The position numbers and the translations under genes were made by a program. Below are positions 52,625-60,000 of a DNA stretch of 60,000 nt, piece after piece. The stretch is from Camelus ferus. Taxonomy: Eukaryota. Numbering within the stretch: the first letter of the stretch is position 1; every line of letters starts with the position of its first letter. The notes beneath the pieces were generated by a model, which saw only the letters and a list, made by a program, of their open reading frames with translations, made no database searches and had not been told where the DNA came from. The DNA is taken from assembly GCF_009834535.1 (NCBI RefSeq), contig NC_045697.1:8682001-8742000 (forward strand), given 5' to 3'.

Positions 52625-53215
52625 GCAGAAAGGTCAGTGGACTAAAATCAGAAGACCTGGGTTTTGGTCCTGGCTTTGCCAAAACTGTGTGTCTTTAGGC
52701 AAATCACTTTATCTCCATGGACGCTGGGTACCTCAATTATAAAATATGACAATGGCAGCAAAGTCCATAGGTATTTATTCTAGAATAATAATCCCCCATG
52801 TATGTAAGAGGGACAAGGCACCTGGTTATAATAGTGAAACATTCAACACTTGAGAGGCACTTAATTATATAGATTTACAGGCCCCAATGAAAAAGAATTA
52901 GGTATATCTATATGTACTAATATGGAGAGCTTTTAAAATAATATTACAAGGTGAAAAAAAAGCAGGTTGCATGAGAGGCATGGTGTGATTCCATTTATGT
53001 TTGAAATAAATCACACACACACAAATTATGTATGAAAATGCATTTGTGTCCGAAAGAACCAACACCAAAGTACTATCAGTTAATTACCACTGGGAAGGTT
53101 CTAGGACTGAGGGGAAGCAGGATGAGGGAGGAGAAAGAGTACATTCTTTTACCTTACATAATTTACATATTTTAATCGTCATATATTATGTGTGTAATTT
53201 AAAAGAAAAAGAGAA
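52625..53215 (+). mobile_element. MIR fragment followed by an L1ME 3'UTR fragment
   Basis: CAGAAGACCTGGGTTTTGGTCCTGGCTTTGCC...GGCAAATCACTT; then GTGTGATTCCATTTATGT. Confidence 0.65.
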
Positions 53216-56200
53216 AACATGAAGTAGATTGAAATAAAGTGACTAAATATGAACTGCAAAATTCCAGCTCTGAACATCCGAGGTGTTAAGGCTACTCCTC
53301 TATCTCTGTTCCACCTGCCTCCCTGAGACAGCTAGCTGTCTGTCCGCCAAAAGACTGGTAATTCTAACAAGAGAGAAAGTTGACTGTGGCAGCAGATCCA
53401 ACCCGAGGTGACAGGCAAAGGTGAGAAACGAGAAATAGAAATATTCTCAAAAGTGACTGCCTCTCAAATTTAAACGTATTAGCTAAGGAAACCTTATGCA
53501 CCATTTGACTGATATGTTCTCTATACTTAATTCTAGTTTTGATTCAATAAATAGAGGCACAGGAAGAGGTATTAAAATTGAAACAGCTTCAAACACATGT
53601 TAGCTGATTCAAACAAGTCTTTGAGAGAGGACTTTGACTTTTAATATAGAAAGAAAAACTAGCCCTCCAAAATGTGATTGCTATCTTGGCAATCATAATT
53701 TTTAGTATGTATAAATTATTATAATAAAGCATTCTTGATTTCCACTATGTAAAAACTAAGCTGTCGAAACTCTGAAGTTAACATAACTGCTTTACATCAT
53801 CCCTTAAAGTGCCCTAGAAGTAAAATCTTTTGAAGAAAGTTTCTATGCATGCAGCAAATAATATGTATACTTTATAAATGCTAAAGCCCTCTAATGCTTA
53901 CACGTGCACAGTGTTGAAATTAACTACTTTGATAATGTGCAGGAGGTTGTAATACTCGCCAGAAATTTAGCCAAAGAAGGGATGACTGTCTCCTCTCCCT
54001 CTGCCAGAATGGAAATGTTTAGGAGGGAAGGCTCCTTAAAGTGAAGAAAAGGGTCAGACCCAATTAAAACTGCAAAGGAAACTTCGAAAGGACGAATGCC
54101 ATTAGCCCAAACTGGAATGTGGCCAAAACACAGGGTAATACTTCAACTCTTAAAAAAAGTGCCAGGGGGATATTTAACAACCGCAGGTGGCCAAATGCTT
54201 TCTCCGAAGTCTCATCAGAAAAGTCATTTATAGCAACAATATTCACCGTGGTAAAGTAATATTACTTGACAAACTGCATATTCAATTATTATGTTTAAAC
54301 TCTGATATTTGTCAACTATCAGTTGAGACTGCTTCTCTGTAGAACAATAAATAGAGAAATGAAATGCTTCTGTTATTAAGATTACAACACAGGAAACAAT
54401 TGTTATTTAAATCTTACATTGGGCTTTCCTTAAATGAAACACCAATTATCATTTTGTCCAATAAACTGAACCTTGAAATATGTAGGTTTTTCATTTCCTT
54501 CTAGATTTTGGAAATCTTTAGGAAATCTTAACCATGATTTTATCCCCCATAATATTTTCTCACTATCTGCTTATTTTATATGACTTTAATCCAGTTTATA
54601 TTTTCCATTATCTGCATGAGAATGAGTTTGACTTATTAAAAAATAATACATCAATTCTTATCATACGATACACTTTCTTATTTTCTTTATGCTTCTTTTT
54701 ATATCTGTAACTTATTTCTCTTTCATTCAAATGTTTCCCTCTTTCTTTCTCTGTCTCTCTCCTCTTGGGTTGTAAGAGAAACACTTTGTGAACTGTGATC
54801 TAAAGGCAATGGAAAATGCAGGCCTGTTAAGTGACATAACACATCCATTCTTGAACCCTGCAAAGGATATTATGTGAACAAATGCACAGAGTGAAACCTA
54901 AAAAAGGTTCCAGTTTAAAATGCTGAATGCTTGAGAGCGCTGCTTTTACCTGCTGTGATTTAAAAGGCTAGAGGCCTCATTTTGAGCCACTAAAATTCAA
55001 AGTGACAGAAACCTACAAATTTTTATTGCTGTGCATTTAATAAAATTTACATTTACAAGCTGTCAGTTTGAAATGTTGAATAACTGGTACTTTCGCATTG
55101 AGACGAGCAGATTTGGTTGTATTGGGGGTTCATTACTACCTACTTACACGTTCCTTAAATACTCAGAATAATCCTTCAATCTATGACTTTTGATATCTCT
55201 TAACTCAACACTGCACAAAAACACCATTGAGTGTGCAGTAAGGTCAACAAAAGGAATTTATTGTGCTCCCATAAAGCAAGGCGTAATTAAGAGCCCCCTT
55301 TCTGCTTTTTTTAATGTGCTAATACGAGAACATTAGAGCCAAGGAACAGCCAATTGCTAGGTGTCTGCAGCAGCTGCCTAGGTTTTTGGTAATTTACTTA
55401 CTCAATTATGTGGACTCTCTTAAATCCACAACACTGGTGGGTGGTAAGGTGGAGGGATAATAAAAAAACATAGAGTAGGAAACGCCTTTAATGCATGTTT
55501 TATGTGCATCTTGGGAAACATTTTTTTGTTTGTTTGTTTGCTTTAGAGAGCAAGAATTAAAGATTGTAACTTTAGGAAATTCAGCACAGGAATAAACGTG
55601 CATGGGTGTGAGGCACCTCTAAAAATTATGAGATGTCTAATAATCCTATGATTATGTGGTCTGTTCTGAAAAAAAAAAAAAAGAATATTAAACCAAATAT
55701 TTGACTCAGTATTACAAAAACAGATTATCTAATGGCTTCCAAGGGGGAAATATGAGAAAGGCCATTCATAAAGTTCCTTAATAGTAATAAATTATACACA
55801 CTTCCTTATTCTGCACGTAAATGGAAAGACAAAAGGAAACTCTGAGAGAATGTGTTCTCACACCTTTAAAAGCATAACACATTAATAAATTTCTCTTCAA
55901 ATTGTTTGCTATCAATATAAATTCGATATTCTTTTCAAATGAGCACCAGAAAAATGCTCATTACACTTGTAAAAATACCTCATTTTTCTTAACATTCAAA
56001 GAAGCTTTGAATGCCAACCTCGATGTCTTAATTTTTAGAATGCATTTGTTTCATAGGCAAGGCAGAATGCAAACTGGGAGAAAAGGGTCAATGTGAAAAA
56101 TTCATCATTATTCAAATATGAAAAATGAAATTACTGAACAAAATGCAAATTACTGACTTAATCTTGAAAATTAAATAACATCATTTTAAATTTCATTTAA

Positions 56201-58639
56201 ATTGTCTCTGTAGCTGTGGCATTCATATAAAAGGGCGCATTGTAACATGTTGATATAAATGGAGACTTTGGAGAAGAAAGAATTTAAGTAATTTTCTTCA
56301 AGTGCCAAAATTTATGTAGCATTCTTCATCCATTTTCTTTTCCATTTAAGTCCCACAAAGTGTCTTTGATAAATCAAATGATCTCCAATTTACAGCTCAA
56401 AAATTGAAAAAGAATTTACAAGTATCAATCTACTAGTTTTGATTGCAAATTAGATATCCTTAAACTTTCCTCCTTGGAAATTTTCATCCTCTGTTAGACA
56501 AAGTGAAATTATTTAAAAATAAGAGAGAACCAAAAACACCTTAATTGTATAATTACCTTTTAATCATTGTATTTGAAATAATTTTTATCTTTTGCCCCTA
56601 AGAGAAAATTTTTTTCATTTTGGTCTCAAGGGAATTGAAGGTATAAAATATATTATACCCAATTAAGTCCTATGCAATATTATGTTCAGTAAAAAGGTAC
56701 CCTTCTGGGTTTTCAGAAGCAATTTATGCCTTATTTTTCTTTTTAGTTGCCAGACGTGAATTAAATAGTTTGGAAGGGAGCCTGTGAAATTTTGTTTTTA
56801 AAATGAAAAGTGAAACCTGAAGACGGCTGAGAGGCTACAAAAAGACAGAAGAATGTGTAAAAGTCATCTTTCCCTTTTTTCATTTTGCTAATAATGAAGC
56901 CACTGAGCCATAGGGGACCCTGCTGAGTTATCACTGTGCAAAGATCACTGAACTAGCCTCAATCTGAATTCTGTTTGTTCATGACATCCAGCTCGAGCTG
57001 ATTCCATGTTTCTAAGTGAAATGTGAACATCCACTCTGCTCAGAAAATGTGGACAAAAATAATGTCTATAACAGAGTAAAATAATTTCACCTCTCAAAAA
57101 CACTGAAAATAGAGTAGCTTTGTAATGATGTATCTAAGATAACACATGCCAATGACTCATCTACTATAGTTCAGAGTTTTAAAAGAGCATCTTTTGCTCT
57201 CATTCATCAGCTCAGAGCAAGCTCAGGCTGAACGTAAATACTCACACACTCATCCTTTCTCAGACACTGAGTTTCAATGTCTGTTTAGATGCAAGGCTGA
57301 TTAGTGTAACATATGCATTGAATACATCAGGTCTATATTAATTGACTGGTTGCTTTCAAGATAACTAAACTCTAAGTAACTAAAATAACACCAGTATTAA
57401 TGTAATTGTATTTATTAACCTCTCGCTACACCCTCCTGCCTGGCATAAGCTTTGGAATTACAAGTCAGACAGGGCTGAGCAGCAATCTTCAGGAAAATTG
57501 CTTTAAATTGGCCTTCATTAGCACTCACGGCACTGAAAAACAACTCCAAGTGCATGCCTTAAAGGAAGGTAAGCCAGTAGCAATAGTGCCCTATTAAAAA
57601 GGCAGCACATTAACCTGCTCAACCAGCATTCACCACATTCTATAAATACTATTAAATAAAGAATCTTCAACCACAAACTAATTCTGCTATTTCTAAGTAT
57701 TGGGGCTATTAAGACCAGATTTAACATTCCAACCATCAATGGCACATATGTTGATTCCAGTTTACTTTTTTTTTTTTTCCAGTTTTGGAGAATTGGAGAT
57801 TGTAGTTGAACTTTTAATTTTCCCTTACATAATGGGGCTCCTGGGTTATAAAAACTCAGTACCACACAGTAACAAAGAATAAAGAAACCAAAACTTTCAT
57901 TGGAAACTCAAACTTACATAGATACCAACACCAAGAAGAAAATGTATTTCAAAGTGAAGAAAAAAATTCTTCTGTTTCATAACTTTGCTTTGAAGAGCAT
58001 GCTCTTTCTTGACATCTGCATAGTAAAAGGGAGCTTAATTTCCTTGGTCAACTATCCTTTCTGAAAATCCTGCATTGGCAGACTTGGAAATGGAAGGAAT
58101 TTTTCCCGGGGATTAATTCGCAGCTCTTCTTAACATTCAAAATGCTGAATATCTTCAGTACACAAGCCAGGGAATTTGGCCCTTAGAGTTACACATTTTA
58201 GCAAACAAATGTTAAAGAAAACTGTTTCAGCAGAAAGAGGCCACATGAAATCTATCAGACATATGAAATTGTCTGATATGAAAACTTGATATCCACATTA
58301 ACTCCCCCAATTCAGCTCCCACCGGTTTACAGCTTGAAAAAGTTCCAACATTTCATCCTTTATATTGGCATCTCCATTTCTGAACCTTACCACTGGTTTT
58401 GTTCCAAAACATAACATTTCAAAACAGAACAGTAAAGTAAAACATTTAAGGCCTAGCAAATAAGACCACCTTCTTGAAAGCCAGGTAATTTTTCGCAAAG
58501 TCTAAGTTCATAGCCAATTCTACCATTTCAACTTGAACCATTTAATTTAGTAAACATTTTTTTTTTTTGAATACAAGGTTCTCTGAATTCAAGACTGTTC
58601 AGTGAAACACGCCTATTCGTGTCAATGGAAGGACACAGC

Positions 58640-58870
58640 AGACAGCAGTGGCTGAAATTTGGATCTTACGGTCAACCGACCCCAGTGCCACCATTTACCA
58701 TCTATATGTCTGCATAGAGGGTCCTTATACTCTCTAAGGGGCAATCTTCTCACCTGTTAAGTGGGGATAATATCACAAATTTTCACAAGAAAGAAATGAA
58801 ATAGTATTCACAAGTCATCAAGCATGCTCCCTAGCACATGAGAAGCCCTCAAGTGGTAGCTGCTATCCCC
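58640..58870 (+). mobile_element. Degenerate MIR
   Basis: CCAGTGCCACCATTTAC...CTCACCTGTTAAGTGGGGATAAT...CCTAGCACATG. Confidence 0.55.
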
Positions 58871-60000
58871 ATGTTTAATTTGACCTTTTAAAAAAAAATG
58901 AAACGGAATAGTTTCAGACCAAAATGAGCAGTGTTTTAAAACTTTATCTATGTTCAGTTCAGACTTCAATTATCCGTCATAAACTGCCTATACCCAGCAG
59001 ATAACATGTGAAAACACTTTCTCTCTCATACAAACACAATGCCATATTTTCCCTTCCAAAATACCTGGTTATCTGTTCCTGTAAATAGGACACAAAAATG
59101 ACAAATGACATTTTTCACTTTTCTTCAAAGCCTTTTGCCATCTTAAAAACAATAGTGGTACTTTCTTTTTTGTGAAATTTTCATGTAAACCAAATTGTAT
59201 TTTAAATATTTATTCAAGACTTATCTTGAAGCTGACTTTAAATTTTCTTTACATAGACCGCTGTCAAGTAGAATTCTAAACTCCTGCTCTTCATTCTAAT
59301 TCCAAATAAGCTACATTTTTGCTAGATTATTATTTTAAAAAAATAAGAAAAAATATATACAGAAGGCAGGGGGTATGTGCAGTTCTTTCCCCCAGTTTTC
59401 TTGAGTACATAAGCAATGTTTTTCAACGGAGGTAACATAAATTAATTTCATCCATTGCAACACCCATCAGGACCCAAGATTATTTATTTCTATGCCAATC
59501 TACGTGTTCTTTACTGAGTAACCCTTTTCTAGGGATCTAGTGATCCTATTAATATTATTTTTAATTTTATGATCGAAAATAAAGGAGTATAGAAGCCCGA
59601 GGTAAAAGCCACAGGTGGCTCGCTGTGTGTGGGGAAGGGGTGAAAATAATTTCAAACTCATTTGCACTAAGGAAGAGAACTGGGTATTCTGTTAAGGGAG
59701 CAGGGCAGCTTCAATTTAGGGTTCATATTTAGAGGGTAAAGTTGGAAGGATGGCCCAGGCAAACCAATTGTTGAAAAAAAAAAAAAAAAAACCTCCAATG
59801 TAATGATGGGCTTCCCATTTACTCTCTGAGAAAAAGGACTAGTTGAAGAAGAAAGGCACCCAGGCCCAGTTTCACAAGAAGTCAGGGGCCAGGGCCACTG
59901 TGGGATGCAGTTAATATTAGGCATTTACAACACAGATTTGGCCAGCTCACACTTAAGCGTGCCATTTATGCCATTTTCTACTGGTCTACCTCCATCCATG

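Noticed and set aside
1..60000. CRISPR arrays, operons or other prokaryotic systems
   Set aside because: The sequence is clearly mammalian (spliced gene, LINE/SINE/LTR content); no regularly spaced repeat-spacer array seen.

Overview
Mammalian genomic DNA, most likely a camelid (alpaca, llama or camel), judged from two young tRNA-Ala(AGC)-derived Vic-1-like SINEs with intact target-site duplications. The only protein-coding gene I can support is the 5' part of RAB28 (ciliary/photoreceptor Rab GTPase) on the minus strand. Coding exons 1-4 lie at 30479-30553, 25794-25890, 20614-20702 and 9372-9501 (391 nt, 130 codons plus 1 nt, all introns GT-AG); the rest of the gene runs off the left edge. 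A two-lobed CpG island promoter (about 30290-31430) carries RFX X-box, YY1 and Sp1 motifs. The 5'UTR has a strong-Kozak 5-codon uORF and a predicted RNA G-quadruplex. Most of the remainder is interspersed repeats (L1, L2, L3/CR1, MIR, MaLR/ERVL LTRs, hAT and Tigger MITEs, microsatellites), and most ORFs in the supplied track are spurious. The right end (about 53.3-58.6 kb) is repeat-poor and, by recalled human synteny, points toward NKX3-2. I found no clear-cut novel system. The best leads are CpG-retaining non-repeat islands in RAB28 introns: a ~150-codon antisense frame with a single TGA-CTA stop at 23250-23705, and candidate poison exons near 9.2 kb and 22.1 kb. Repeat family names come from remembered consensus sequences, and boundaries are approximate unless TSDs or TIRs are cited.
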